Shown piece after piece: positions 9,705 to 20,446 of a stretch of 64,000 nucleotides of DNA. The position numbers were made by a program, and so were the translations under genes. The stretch is from positions 1 to 64,000 of the forward strand of contig CAVPJU010000002.1 of the NCBI GenBank assembly GCA_963705505.1, in the 5' to 3' direction. This DNA is from an uncultured bacterium. Its GTDB lineage: Bacteria > Desulfobacterota_D > UBA1144 > Nemesobacterales > UBA2774. Within the stretch, counting starts at the first letter, position 1. Every line of letters starts with the position of its first letter. A model generated the notes under the pieces. That model searched no databases and was not told where the DNA came from. It saw only the letters and a program-made list of their open reading frames with translations.

Positions 9705-11462
9705 TCATTTACCATCTTTGTGACCGTCATGACCGTCATGATGATCGTCCTTGTTATGTAACTTTAAGAACAACAATTGGCCGCCCTCGACCAAGTCGCT
9801 ATCGTTAATACGCGAACCAGCTAATTGATCTCTAATACCATGCGCCTGTACATCGAAGATGAGAAATATCCCATCATCATTTATATCAAAGAGCCTTGAT
9901 ACATCCAGAATACCTGAGGTCTCCCATGCGCCGACAACTCCCGCATCCAGATCGTCCGCATTAGTGGGAGGGACTATGGATGCATCGAGAACCACACTGC
10001 GGTCGATGTTTGCTATACGCTTGACCTTTCCGTTCTTCGGGTTGAGCTTTACGATTCCAGCCTCATTCGGATTTACAGCACCGGCTCCAAACAAGTCATC
10101 TACCGCCCTATCCTCTTGAATGTAAGCGAACCCGTCGTGGGCCCAATCCACGTTGTCGGGCGAGCGAAGCGCCTGCGTCGGGTCGGCGTCACCATCGTAA
10201 ATGATGGTTAGAGTAGCTTTGAGATTTTTGAAGTTCGTATTAATGGTATAGACCGTACCGACTCTATCAGCACCGCCAAAATCACTGCTTCTTCCTGTAG
10301 AATTCTGAATAACTTCGTTACATCTTTTGGGATTAATGGACATATCCTCCGGCCTTGAGAATTGAAATGCGCCTGCATCTTCGGCCCGTGTCCAGAGTGT
10401 TCTCTGCGTTGGATAACCATATTCATCATAACCGGTCGAACCGTCTTCAGACGGACTGCCGGTCGGGCTGTTATCGATCTCAACCCATTCTCCCAATTGT
10501 GTGCCGGAAGTATTAAAGTCCGACGGATCCTTTATGTTGGGATTTTTGGGTACCCAAACATACAGTTTACCGTTACGTAATCCATTTTGACCCAAGAAGT
10601 CACCTTGTGGATCTTTCTCGCCAATATATAGATACAACGGTGCTGCTTCTTTTACACTATCTCCATCCGCATCAAAAGGTGATGTATCGTCAGCCAGGAT
10701 GAAAGCCACCGTATTTTTAGAACCGGTACAGATCTCGGCATTATTTTCCCAAGCCCCGCGACCCATGGCAGGTACGTGCCATATGCTTGAGTCTTCAGGA
10801 TCAAGCGCCCATTCGGCGCCGCCGACAGGATTAAAGGTGCCCCCGTCTTCTTCGCCGGTGAAGTAGATACGGTTCTTGAGCCCCTGACCGCGGCCGAACT
10901 GCTCACGCTCAGAGAGCCGGCTCGAGCAGAAGCGTGTAAAACCCTTGAAATTGTTCGAAAGGAAGCTGGTGTTGCTTGCGATGTTGCCGTTGGCATCATA
11001 AATTGTGTCGTATGCCAGGCCCCCATCGACTATTTCCATCGTATCCTTGTCGATGTCGAAGAATGAGACTCGCGCTCCCGTCATTTGGAATGTCCCACCT
11101 AATCCGTTATTCACGTCGTAAGCATAACCCTGGTCCTGCGGTATCTCATGATTTACCAAAACACGGACAGTGTCGTGATTCAACTTATACGCACCAATAC
11201 CGTCCAGGATACCGACCGGCGTGTAACCGTTAATCGTTTCACCAATTGTCAGGATCTCATTAGCCTCCCAGTCGTCCTGACCATCTACCATCGGCTGCCC
11301 AATCGCCTGAGACGTCGATAATCCGATAAGTGACATCACAGCAATGGCAATGCCCAAAAAGGTGTTATTACTAATTAGTCCCTCACTCCTTAAAAATTTA
11401 CCGATAATTGCTCGCGTAAAATCTTGCACAAATATTCTTGATAAAGTGTTTTTGCACTTCAT
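9705..11462 (-). CDS. phoX: PhoX/DUF839 secreted alkaline phosphatase
   Basis: VLVNHE, RFCS, GRGAWEN, FSRPED, SPDNV, IQED, WETSG, VQAH motifs; signal peptide; His-rich tail. Confidence 0.8.
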   Translation of the reverse strand: MKCKNTLSRIFVQDFTRAIIGKFLRSEGLISNNTFLGIAIAVMSLIGLSTSQAIGQPMVDGQDDWEANEILTIGETINGYTPVGILDGIGAYKLNHDTVRVLVNHEIPQDQGYAYDVNNGLGGTFQMTGARVSFFDIDKDTMEIVDGGLAYDTIYDANGNIASNTSFLSNNFKGFTRFCSSRLSEREQFGRGQGLKNRIYFTGEEDGGTFNPVGGAEWALDPEDSSIWHVPAMGRGAWENNAEICTGSKNTVAFILADDTSPFDADGDSVKEAAPLYLYIGEKDPQGDFLGQNGLRNGKLYVWVPKNPNIKDPSDFNTSGTQLGEWVEIDNSPTGSPSEDGSTGYDEYGYPTQRTLWTRAEDAGAFQFSRPEDMSINPKRCNEVIQNSTGRSSDFGGADRVGTVYTINTNFKNLKATLTIIYDGDADPTQALRSPDNVDWAHDGFAYIQEDRAVDDLFGAGAVNPNEAGIVKLNPKNGKVKRIANIDRSVVLDASIVPPTNADDLDAGVVGAWETSGILDVSRLFDINDDGIFLIFDVQAHGIRDQLAGSRINDSDLVEGGQLLFLKLHNKDDHHDGHDGHKDGK

Positions 11463-11512
11463 GATTAAAACCTCCTCATAGATTTTATTTTAGATTTAAA
11501 AAATTTATCCCG

Positions 11513-11556
11513 GTGAAATTAATTCAGGATGAAAGAGAAGTTAAAGTTTGATTAAT
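11513..11556 (-). promoter_or_regulatory. Candidate Pho box (4 x 11-bp repeats)
   Basis: Minus strand ATTAATCAAAC/TTTAACTTCTC/TTTCATCCTGA/ATTAATTTCAC, 50 bp before phoX. Confidence 0.5.
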
Positions 11557-11699
11557 GACTCAAAGTGTCGATCACGCGAAGACCGGGCGAGCTTGACAAA
11601 AGAGGAGCAGCGCGAATCATCTAATCATCACAAAAACTTATTTATATAAAAGCTCATAACCAGCTAAACTATACAACTTCAGAATTTTATGGTGCATCC

Positions 11700-12626
11700 G
11701 TGAACGCTATCATTTCAGTAAAAAACTTAAGCAAAACCTATGCGTCCGGTTTTCAGGCGCTCAGGAATATAGATCTGGATATACGGAGGGGGGAGATCTT
11801 CGCGCTCCTGGGACCGAACGGCGCCGGAAAGACGACCCTCATCAGCATCATTTGCGGGATAGTCAATCCGGGCTCGGGCACGGTGTTGGCTGACGGCCAC
11901 GATATAATCCGGGACTACCGTGCGGCAAGGTCCACGATCGGCCTCGTCCCCCAGGAGCTGACCACGGACGTGTTCGAAACGGTCAGGGACACGATGAAAT
12001 TCAGCCGGGGGCTCTTCGGAAAGCCGCCTGATCCCGCCTATATCGAAAAGGTGCTCGGCGACCTTTCGCTAAGGGACAAGGCCGATACGAAGATACAGGC
12101 GCTCTCGGGAGGGATGAAACGCCGGGTGCTCATCGCCAAGGCCCTCTCGCACGAGCCGAAGATACTATTCCTCGACGAGCCTACGGCGGGGGTGGACGTC
12201 GAGCTCCGCCGCGATATGTGGGAGATGGTCAGGAGGCTCCGGGAAAACGGGGTGACCATAATCCTGACGACGCATTACATCGAGGAAGCCGAGCTGATAG
12301 CCGACCGTATAGGGATAATCAACAAGGGCGAGATCATTCTGGTCGAGGACAAGACCGCGCTCATGCAGAAGCTCGGCAAGAGACAGTTAAAGCTTTACCT
12401 CCAGAACCCAATAAGCTCCATTCCCTTCGAGCTCGACGGGCTCGACCTCGAGCTTTCCACGGACGGGAGCGAGCTCGTTTACACGTTCGACGTACACGGC
12501 GAGGAGACGGGGATAGCGTCGCTACTGAGGCGCCTGAACGAGCACGGGATTGATTACAGGGACATACATTCGAGCGAAAGCTCTCTTGAGGAAATTTTCG
12601 TCAGCCTCGTAACTGAAAAACAATGA
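11700..12626 (+). CDS. ABC-2 transporter ATP-binding protein (YadG-like)
   Basis: [30 protein letters not shown]. Confidence 0.93.
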   Translation: MNAIISVKNLSKTYASGFQALRNIDLDIRRGEIFALLGPNGAGKTTLISIICGIVNPGSGTVLADGHDIIRDYRAARSTIGLVPQELTTDVFETVRDTMKFSRGLFGKPPDPAYIEKVLGDLSLRDKADTKIQALSGGMKRRVLIAKALSHEPKILFLDEPTAGVDVELRRDMWEMVRRLRENGVTIILTTHYIEEAELIADRIGIINKGEIILVEDKTALMQKLGKRQLKLYLQNPISSIPFELDGLDLELSTDGSELVYTFDVHGEETGIASLLRRLNEHGIDYRDIHSSESSLEEIFVSLVTEKQ

Positions 12627-13384
12627 ACTTCTACGCGATACGATCGATATATATTTTCGAGCTGGCGCGCACATGGCGGACGCTGATGCAGAGCATAGCG
12701 TCTCCCATACTCTCGACCTCGCTCTACTTCGTGGTCTTCGGAGCGGCTATCGGGTCGAGGGTGGGGAATATTGAAGGTGTCAGCTACGGCGCGTTCATCG
12801 TCCCCGGCCTCGCCATGCTGACAATCATGAGCGAGAGCATCTCGAACGCCTCATTCGGCATATACCTGCCGAAATTCACGGGCACCATATACGAAGTCCT
12901 CTCGGCGCCTGTCTCCTACATCGAGGTCCTCATCGGGTACGTCGGCGCAGCCGCCACGAAATCCGTCATACTGGGCGCACTGATACTGGCTACGGCGCGC
13001 CTCTTCGTCCCCTATTCGATTTTGCACCCGTTCTGGATGGCGGGGTTCCTCCTGCTCACCGCCGTCTCTTTCTGCCTCTTCGGGTTCATAATCGGAATCT
13101 GGGCGGACAGCTTCCAGAAGCTCCAGACAGTGCCGCTGATGATAATCACGCCGCTTACGTTCCTGGGAGGGAGTTTTTATTCGATATACATGCTGCCGCC
13201 TGTATGGCAGAAGATCACGCTCCTTAACCCGGTCGTTTACCTCATAAGCGGATTCAGATGGAGCTTCTACGGCGTCTCGGACGTGAACGTGGAAGTCAGC
13301 CTGGGCATGACGCTCCTGTTTCTGGCCTTGTGCGTCGCGTTAGTGTGGTGGATCTTCAAGACGGGATACAAGCTCAAGAATTAG
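12623..13384 (+). CDS. ABC-2 transporter permease (YadH-like)
   Basis: Six TM segments, [15 protein letters not shown] overlap with the ATPase gene. Confidence 0.92.
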   Translation: MNFYAIRSIYIFELARTWRTLMQSIASPILSTSLYFVVFGAAIGSRVGNIEGVSYGAFIVPGLAMLTIMSESISNASFGIYLPKFTGTIYEVLSAPVSYIEVLIGYVGAAATKSVILGALILATARLFVPYSILHPFWMAGFLLLTAVSFCLFGFIIGIWADSFQKLQTVPLMIITPLTFLGGSFYSIYMLPPVWQKITLLNPVVYLISGFRWSFYGVSDVNVEVSLGMTLLFLALCVALVWWIFKTGYKLKN

Positions 13385-13488
13385 AAGATGTCCTTAATGC
13401 CGGCGACTCAGGATAAAGCTATCCGTAGTGATGGCGATTCTGTGTATGTCGACGAAAGACTCATTAATCGATTGAATATTAATGTACA

Positions 13489-13528
13489 CCCCCATCCTAC
13501 CCTTCCCCCCTCTAGGGGGAAGGAATTA
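13489..13528. repeat. REP-like palindrome (CCCTCCCC..GGGGAGGGAATT family)
   Basis: CCTTCCCCC-CTCTA-GGGGGAAGG-AATT; relatives at about 2077-2120, 38991-39030 and 62518-62558. Confidence 0.6.
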
Positions 13529-13549
13529 TAAGGAAGGACGGGTTGAGCA

Positions 13550-14080
13550 TCAATACTCTTCCGGGTCCAACTTAAGCGCCTCGTTGAACCTGTTTATCAT
13601 GTTGTAGAGCGCCGCGATCATCGTTATCTCGACGACCTGCGAATCGCTGTAGTGCTTCCTGAGCTCGCTATACACCGCGTCGGGGATATTGCCGGGGTTT
13701 ACGGTCAGAGCTTCGGCATAATTGAGCGCCGCTTTCTCGGCGTCGCTTATATGAGCGCTCCCCGGATTATTCATCTCGTCGATCTCGCCCTTCGAGAAGC
13801 CCATCTTTGCGCTTATCTGCTCGTGAGCGTGGCAGCAGTATGCCGAGCGGTTGATCTTGGACACCCTGAGGATTATCCGCTCCTTTAACTTCGGGTCGAG
13901 CTCGTCCGGCTGCTGCACGGCGGCGACGAACGGGCCGATCGTGCCCAGAATGGACGGTTTGTGGGCGAGAGCCTTGTATATGTTAGTGACCTTCCCCCTC
14001 TTAAGGCGCATCCTTTCGAACGCTTCCTTCACTACGGGATTGTCCGTGCTCTCTTCCTCTATGTACTTTACCCTTGCCAT
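13550..14080 (-). CDS. Carboxymuconolactone decarboxylase/AhpD-like protein
   Basis: LKERIILRVSKINRSAYCCHAH; EKAALNYAEALT; YNMINRFNEAL. Confidence 0.85.
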   Translation of the reverse strand: MARVKYIEEESTDNPVVKEAFERMRLKRGKVTNIYKALAHKPSILGTIGPFVAAVQQPDELDPKLKERIILRVSKINRSAYCCHAHEQISAKMGFSKGEIDEMNNPGSAHISDAEKAALNYAEALTVNPGNIPDAVYSELRKHYSDSQVVEITMIAALYNMINRFNEALKLDPEEY

Positions 14081-14297
14081 GACGTTACCCCCCGGAATAT
14101 CGTATATAAAAGATATTAGACCGGTGGGATTATTTGAGCAAGTAATAATATTCGGGATAACGAATTGGCATCCCCGAACCCCGTCTCACTCACAAAGTGA
14201 TCGTAAAGTCCACAGCCAGCCTGACCTTTATAGCCGTATCGAGAAGATGATTTTAGATGTTTGCATAATTTAAAATCTATGTATTAGAACGATACGA

Positions 14298-14732
14298 ATG
14301 CAGGAGGGATTGAAAATGAACATAAGAGATTCGCTGTGCTTATCCAGGAACGCGAAGGATGAGATAGCGAGGGACCTGATCGCGCTCGGCGGGCTGCCGT
14401 TTTATTTTCTCGTCCTCGTGAGATCGACCATAGGCGGCTATCTGTCGTTTCTTTCTCACGTCGCGGTCGCTCTACCCGTGCTCTACTTATTATCAAAAGC
14501 CGTTAAAGGCTCAAACCTCCATATAGCCAGGGGGTTTATCCTCGTCGTTTTCACGTCTATTTTCTATAACGCCCTCCCCTTCACGGTTTTTTCAATCCTG
14601 GTATGGTGCGGAATGATATATTGCCTGGTCTATCTGAAGACCGGCGCAAGGGATATATTGAAGGGGATAGCGATCGGTGTCGTGAGCGTGATGATAAGCT
14701 ATTCGGTCACGCTTTTAATCGTCCCCCGTTGA
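14298..14732 (+). CDS. Hypothetical multi-TM membrane protein
   Basis: About five hydrophobic segments; start may be 14316. Confidence 0.7.
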   Translation: MQEGLKMNIRDSLCLSRNAKDEIARDLIALGGLPFYFLVLVRSTIGGYLSFLSHVAVALPVLYLLSKAVKGSNLHIARGFILVVFTSIFYNALPFTVFSILVWCGMIYCLVYLKTGARDILKGIAIGVVSVMISYSVTLLIVPR

Positions 14733-14777
14733 TTTGGAGTTCCAGCTCATACCCCGGCTGAGATTGAAACAGATCGA

Positions 14778-15641
14778 TTAAAACTTCTCCGGTATCACTT
14801 CGGCGTCGGAGACGCGGGGAGGCTTGTAGCCCTTCTTCTTCTGAATGGGCGGCAGCTGCAGCTTCTTCTTCGGGATTTCCTTATACGGGATCATGCCGAG
14901 CAAGTGGCTTATGCAGTTTAACCTTGCGCGCTTCTTGTCGTCGGCCTGCACGATATACCAGGGGGATATCTCGGTGTCAGTGAACTTGAACATATCGTCC
15001 CTCGCCCGCGAATAGTCGTACCAGCGCTTCCTCGCCTCCATGTCCATAGGGCTTATCTTCCACTGCTTGAGCGGGTTGTCTATCCGCTCCTGAAACCTCT
15101 TCTCCTGCTCCTCCGGTGAAATCTCGAGCCAGTATTTAAAGAGCGTTATCCCCGAATGGATGATGGCGTTCTCGAAACCGGGGCACGTGCGAAAAAATTC
15201 CATATACTCTTCATCCGTGCAGAACCCCATGACCCTCTCGACACCGGCGCGGTTGTACCAGCTCCTGTCAAAGAGCACTATCTCTCCGGCGGAAGGCAGG
15301 TACGGCACATAGCGCTGGAAATACCACTCGGTCTTCTCTCTTTCAGTAGGCACGCCGAGAGCGACGACGCTGCATACGCGGTGGTTGAGAGGCTCGGTGA
15401 TGCGTTTTATCATCCCGCCCTTCCCCGCCGCGTCCCGGCCCTCGAACAGGACTACTATCTTCTTCCCCTCGTGAGTCACCCAGTCCTGGAGCTTCACGAG
15501 CTCGGTCTCGAGCCTCAGGAGCTCATTATCGTATATCTCGTCGTCGATATCATGCGTCCCCCGGTGTTGCAGCTCCGCGTTTATCGGGGCCCCTTCGCCC
15601 GCATCCTCGTTTCTCTTTTTATTTCTCTTCTTGTTTCCCAT
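14778..15641 (-). CDS. ppk2: Polyphosphate kinase 2
   Basis: FEGRDAAGKGG, WYFQRY, FDRSWYNRAGVERVMGFC, WKISPMD. Confidence 0.95.
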   Translation of the reverse strand: MGNKKRNKKRNEDAGEGAPINAELQHRGTHDIDDEIYDNELLRLETELVKLQDWVTHEGKKIVVLFEGRDAAGKGGMIKRITEPLNHRVCSVVALGVPTEREKTEWYFQRYVPYLPSAGEIVLFDRSWYNRAGVERVMGFCTDEEYMEFFRTCPGFENAIIHSGITLFKYWLEISPEEQEKRFQERIDNPLKQWKISPMDMEARKRWYDYSRARDDMFKFTDTEISPWYIVQADDKKRARLNCISHLLGMIPYKEIPKKKLQLPPIQKKKGYKPPRVSDAEVIPEKF

Positions 15642-15795
15642 TTTGATAAACTCCCGCTCATTTAAGATTGTGCTCTTAATTATAATCCGAATGTCTGATC
15701 GATATGAATGGGAATGGAATCCCTGACCGTATATTCCGAAACGGCCGGGTCGATCAGGGGCTCTCCGTGATAACGTTGAAATTACCCGCCCTTAA

Positions 15796-16515
15796 TCACC
15801 CGAGGGTTTCCTCTATAACGGACGAGAGATCGAGGAGCGCCTTGCCGCAGTCCCCCGTGAATGACGAGCCGTGCATTATGGCGAGCGTCGACGGATTCAG
15901 AGATGCGAGCCTCCCGAAGATACCGTTCATCTGAGGGGTGTACGGTATGTAGTAGGCGAAGGGGCTTGACTGCATGTTGAGAAGCGATTCCTTCGCACGG
16001 CCGACGACATCGGACTGCGTGAGCGGCTCGACTTCGCCGAAGTGAGTAAAGAGGTCGGAGCAGAAGAGGGTTTTATCGGTCTCCTCGAAGAAGACCCCCG
16101 CGTCCCAGCCGTGCGGGAGGTGCGCCGTGGAGCAAAACCTGAAGCTCCGCTTCCCCGTCTTAAGCGTCTCGCCTTCGGTCATGCCCTTTGCCGGGCGTAT
16201 CGCGAAGTCGTTCACGCTTACTAACGCCCCCAGCTGAGAGCAAACTGCCTCCGCCCGGGGCGCGCGCTCAAGCCACCTGTTGAGAGAGCCGCACTCGTCC
16301 GACTCGAAATGGCTGAAACCCACCCACCTGAGCTCCGAGGGTTTTATTATACTCGACACTCCGTCATGCAAATCATCAAACATGGAATTCAATCCCGAGT
16401 GAAAAAGCATGGGCTCATCGTCCTTGATGAGGAAGTGGTTGAACTGGAGGCCGATCTCCTTAAAGACTATGGAGATGCGGTACACCCCGTCCGCTATTTC
16501 GTCTATCTTCGTCAT
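15796..16515 (-). CDS. MBL-fold flavodiiron/ODP-like protein without flavodoxin domain
   Basis: SHFESDECG, HLPHGWD, LFCSDLF, MHGS. Confidence 0.8.
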   Translation of the reverse strand: MTKIDEIADGVYRISIVFKEIGLQFNHFLIKDDEPMLFHSGLNSMFDDLHDGVSSIIKPSELRWVGFSHFESDECGSLNRWLERAPRAEAVCSQLGALVSVNDFAIRPAKGMTEGETLKTGKRSFRFCSTAHLPHGWDAGVFFEETDKTLFCSDLFTHFGEVEPLTQSDVVGRAKESLLNMQSSPFAYYIPYTPQMNGIFGRLASLNPSTLAIMHGSSFTGDCGKALLDLSSVIEETLG

Positions 16516-16722
16516 TTATTCCACTCCTTGAAACGGGCGTAATTAACCCGTTTACTTTTTATTAAAGGGGTATGTTAATTAAACTCCGGGAATAGAATAA
16601 ATCACGGGAGGGATAATTTAAATAGACCTCGAGAATATTATGAGCTGGCGGAATCCGATCCGCACGATATCCCGGAACCTGAGCCGGGATACCGGCTTCC
16701 CGCCATTTATACCGGGTCGGTA

Positions 16723-17052
16723 TTACCTTCTTCTGCCGCCACCGCCACCGCCGCCGTATCCGCCGCCGCCACCACCGTATCCGCCGCCACCGCCGCCGCC
16801 CGGCCTGCTCGGCTTGCCTGTGTTCTTACGCGCTTCGTTTACCTTGAGAGGGCGACCCTTAAACTCGTAACCGTCGAGCGCGTCCTTAGCCTTCTCGGCT
16901 TCCTGCTGTGTGCCCATTTCGGCGAACCCGAAACCCTTGTCGCCGATCACGCGGACATCAGACACGGTGCCGTATTTGGACAAAAGCTCGGTTATTTCCT
17001 CGACCGTCGTATTGTAGGTCAGGTTACCGATATAAAGTTTCTTACCTTGCAT
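16723..17052 (-). CDS. RRM RNA-binding protein with Gly-rich tail
   Basis: RNP2 LYIGNL, RNP1 KGFGFAEM, LKVNEAR. Confidence 0.95.
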   Translation of the reverse strand: MQGKKLYIGNLTYNTTVEEITELLSKYGTVSDVRVIGDKGFGFAEMGTQQEAEKAKDALDGYEFKGRPLKVNEARKNTGKPSRPGGGGGGGYGGGGGGYGGGGGGGRRR

Positions 17053-17303
17053 TCATGTCTCCTTTTAAATATCGTTTTGGTTCACTAAGCTTCACAGAGG
17101 CGGATGCAAGATATCCCTAAATGTTCCCCTACAATAACTCGTGACCCGACTATTATACACTATCAATAAACAGAAAAACACTCACTATACAGAAAAACAC
17201 CGATGTGAATGTTCCGCATCCATACCGGCCTTCAACGAATAATTCCCCGGAAAAGGACCGCGCAATCATGCTCTGTGAATGAGCGGGGAATTTCCTCTTA
17301 TCT

Positions 17304-17921
17304 TCAAACCAGCAGTCTTTCCGCTAAATCTTCCACCAAAGAATCGAAGCTTATCAGAGAGTGGGGGATTTCCTTCCATCCTGTAACCGTTAAAGTATTG
17401 CCATAGGAAAAAGCGGCGGACCCTGCCCGCCACCCTATAGTCAATTTCCTGGTCGTTTTGTCCTCACCGACCGTACGTATGGAGCATGACCTGTTGAACC
17501 TGTTGATTTGATTGAACCCGCGCTTGTTCACGAACGTGCTGATCTCCCAGCCGTTCTTCGAGGCTTTGCGCCCGACCTCGTTCACCGCCGGCTCGACCAC
17601 GTCTTTCCATAGCTTGTTTACCCTGATGAACGCGGTCCGGTCGATCGTCAGACTATCCGCTTTGCGGATATAAGTGCTAACCGAATCGTTTACGAGTCTC
17701 TCGGTCTCTTTGAGTGTATTTCCGGTTATTCTAAGGCTCGGAAGATCGGGACATGCAGCGACGTAACCGATGTCTGTTTTTGTGAAGATCGTTAAATATC
17801 TACCGCATATTAGTTTGACTTTGATTGGAATAGTGTACCCTGCCCGGGACACGATAGCAAAAAATCGCCTAAAATACCCCGCCCGCTGCAAAAACGCGAG
17901 GGGGATAAGGACCGTCTTCAA
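17304..17921 (-). CDS. HicB-like N-terminal domain fused to an unknown domain; start uncertain
   Basis: YLTIFTKTDIGYVAACPDLPSLRITGNTLKETER resembles the HicB fold; nearest ATG (17808) is one base out of frame. Confidence 0.5.
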   Translation of the reverse strand: MKTVLIPLAFLQRAGYFRRFFAIVSRAGYTIPIKVKLICGRYLTIFTKTDIGYVAACPDLPSLRITGNTLKETERLVNDSVSTYIRKADSLTIDRTAFIRVNKLWKDVVEPAVNEVGRKASKNGWEISTFVNKRGFNQINRFNRSCSIRTVGEDKTTRKLTIGWRAGSAAFSYGNTLTVTGWKEIPHSLISFDSLVEDLAERLLV

Positions 17922-18031
17922 CTTTATTGTGTACTACATTCAGACAATATTTGTTTTTCATTTGTTTTTCCGGCCTGGAGCAAATAAATATTATCCAATA
18001 TTGACGGGGCGGATGCGCGGAAAATTTAGAA

Positions 18032-18047
18032 TGGCATATTGTTTGCT
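18032..18047 (+). promoter_or_regulatory. sigma54 -24/-12 promoter
   Basis: TGGCATATTGTTTGCT, 63 bp before the CBS gene ATG. Confidence 0.65.
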
Positions 18048-18110
18048 CTATTATATTCTCAAAGAGCGGATGCGGTCATCCGTAAAAAATTTCAGCGGGG
18101 AGGTAATTAT

Positions 18111-18533
18111 ATGAGTCTCGGACATATATGCAGGAAAGACGTCGTGACAGTGAAGCCCGGTACGACCGTGAGCGAAGTTGCCAGGATAATGGAGGACAAG
18201 AACATCGGCAGCGTCATTGTGAGCGGAGGCAGCGATTTCGGAATCGTGACGGACAGGGATATAGCGCTCAGAGTGGTGAACAGGTGTCTCGATCCGGCGA
18301 GGACGCCGGTCGAAGAAATCATGACGCAAAACCTCGTCCTCACGCTGAGGGAGGACATGGGACTCCTCGAAGCGCTGGAGCAGATAAGGAAGAGCGCAGT
18401 CAGGAGGTTCCCGGTATTGGACATGCAGGGGAACCTGACGGGTATCATAACACTCGACGATATAATAAAACTCCTCGGCAGGGAGATCGCCGACGTCGCG
18501 AGCGTTATCGACAACGAAGGGCCTATATTCTAG
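18111..18533 (+). CDS. Tandem CBS domain protein
   Basis: GIVTDRDIALR, VRRFPV, GIITLDDI; GGAGG SD. Confidence 0.92.
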   Translation: MSLGHICRKDVVTVKPGTTVSEVARIMEDKNIGSVIVSGGSDFGIVTDRDIALRVVNRCLDPARTPVEEIMTQNLVLTLREDMGLLEALEQIRKSAVRRFPVLDMQGNLTGIITLDDIIKLLGREIADVASVIDNEGPIF

Positions 18534-18582
18534 AGAAAAGTTGTTGTGAACCCGGGGCCGGGGGGCTATACTTTATTCCACT

Positions 18583-18852
18583 ATGACGGATATAGATAAA
18601 GCAATGCTCGATCCGACGAGCGTCTTCAGGAAGCCGGAAGATGTATTAAAAGCCCGGGACCTCACGCGTGAGCAGAAGATAGAGATCCTCCGCAGATGGG
18701 AATACGACGCGAGGGAGCTTGAAGTCGCGTCAGACGAAAGCATGACAGGAAACAATTCCGATCTCCTGTACAGGGTGCTGAACGCGCTGAACGAGCTAGG
18801 ATATGACCCGGACGCCGACAACGCGCCGCCCACGAAGCATGGCGGGGCCTGA
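18583..18852 (+). CDS. Conserved hypothetical protein
   Basis: DPTSVFRKPEDVL..LTREQKIEILRRWEYDAREL; follows the CBS gene. Confidence 0.75.
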   Translation: MTDIDKAMLDPTSVFRKPEDVLKARDLTREQKIEILRRWEYDARELEVASDESMTGNNSDLLYRVLNALNELGYDPDADNAPPTKHGGA

Positions 18853-18854
18853 CG

Positions 18855-20036
18855 TCAGGCGATCTCGTACTCCCCGCCGATCACTCTTTTCCACATCCCC
18901 GGCATCTCCGCGAGCATGAGTAACGCCGTATCCTTAACGGACTTTATATCCGCCCCCTCCCCGCTCACTTTTATATCCAGGAACTGGGGCTCGTTTACGG
19001 GCTTCCCTATCTGTGAGACGAGGAAGGCGCATGCTTCCTCCGCAAAGCCCGAATCCACTATCCTCCTGCAAAGCTCCCCTGCGAAAAGGTTATATATCTT
19101 GCCCACGTGGCTCACGGGATTTTTACCCGCTGCCGCCTCGAGGGTCATCGGCCTGTAAGGGGTTATAAGACCGTTCACCCTGTTCCCCCTCCCCACCTGC
19201 CCGTCGTCCCCCTGCTCGGCGCTCGTCCCCGTGACCGTAATATATACGCTCCCGCTCTTGTAATCGTCGGCCGTATTTATACTCACCCGGGCGCCCTCCG
19301 CCCAATCCTGCCCGAGCATCGCGAGCCTGAGCGTTTCTATCTTGTCCGCGTAATCGCGTACCGATGTAACGTATCTGTCAATTACCGCGACCGCCGCCGT
19401 GAGGGTTATTTCCTCCCCTCTCCTTATCCCCATTATCTTCACGTCCTCCCCAATAAAGGGATAATCCCTTTTCGTGCCGGGGTCGTTCAGGTACCTCTCA
19501 GCCCGATAGACGGTGCTTTCGAGCCTGTCGAGCGGGTAAAAGCCCGCCCCGCAGGAGGTGTCGTTAGATAGAGGGACTTCCCCCCTGCCGAACCTCTCGA
19601 ATAGCTCCACGAGGTCGCGGCTCCCGGGCCTTAGCTTCACGTTGACCGATACGTGCGCTTGCGGGTCGATGTGCCTGACGGTGCTTCCGATCACGCTCCT
19701 GGCTGCCTTAACTGAAATCTCGTCCACGGGGAGGATTCCCCCGTCTCTGGACTTTATCGCCCGCCCCGCCACTATAATCTCAATCGGCCTCTTCACACGC
19801 CCGCCTCCGAATGCGGGCTCGGCTTCCCCGCCGACGAGAAGGGCCTTGTCCACGTTGTGGTGCATTATGCAGCCGAACTCGGAGATGTAGTACTCGCATA
19901 GCGCTCTCGATATGCCCTCGGTAATATAGTCGCAGAGGGTGTCCGGGTGCCCCGAACCCTTCCTTTCCGCGGCCTCTACTTCGAGGTCTTTGGCGAGGGG
20001 CTTTCCAAGCGGGCCTACGACGATGTTGCGTTCCAT
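18855..20036 (-). CDS. mat: Archaeal-type S-adenosylmethionine synthetase
   Basis: [69 protein letters not shown]. Confidence 0.92.
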   Translation of the reverse strand: MERNIVVGPLGKPLAKDLEVEAAERKGSGHPDTLCDYITEGISRALCEYYISEFGCIMHHNVDKALLVGGEAEPAFGGGRVKRPIEIIVAGRAIKSRDGGILPVDEISVKAARSVIGSTVRHIDPQAHVSVNVKLRPGSRDLVELFERFGRGEVPLSNDTSCGAGFYPLDRLESTVYRAERYLNDPGTKRDYPFIGEDVKIMGIRRGEEITLTAAVAVIDRYVTSVRDYADKIETLRLAMLGQDWAEGARVSINTADDYKSGSVYITVTGTSAEQGDDGQVGRGNRVNGLITPYRPMTLEAAAGKNPVSHVGKIYNLFAGELCRRIVDSGFAEEACAFLVSQIGKPVNEPQFLDIKVSGEGADIKSVKDTALLMLAEMPGMWKRVIGGEYEIA

Positions 20037-20350
20037 ACGCGAAGCTTACCTTCCGTTCCTTGGCACACCGGACGGGAAAAGAATATTACCATAAAAGATG
20101 CTGACCGCGTCCCGCAACCCGGTCCAAACCGCGGGTGTGGGATGTCGTATCAACGTACATCGGGTATTGCGGCCGACCGGATCACAATCAACAGCTAAAC
20201 GTATGACTTATATGATCGCAGTGATCTCTCTGCCGTCAAAATCTCACCCCTGTGCCGATTATTTAAGCACTTCATAAGGCTCTCCCCTGAGCCGTCCGCT
20301 CTTTATCCCTGTGTTCTTTATTCAATTCCCGGCGCCGGGAACAAAATCCG

Positions 20351-20367
20351 TTGGCATCATAATTGCA
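20351..20367 (+). promoter_or_regulatory. sigma54 -24/-12 promoter
   Basis: TTGGCATCATAATTGCA about 80 bp before pcm. Confidence 0.7.
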
Positions 20368-20446
20368 CTTGCAATCGATAGAGAGAAGGAAATTAATAGA
20401 GAGAGGGACATTCAGTTTTAAATTCAATCATTAAAGGAGCCGGGAA

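Noticed and set aside
16730..16805. CCG-rich repeat / poly-Pro ORF on the plus strand
   Set aside because: Antisense of the Gly-rich tail of the RRM protein
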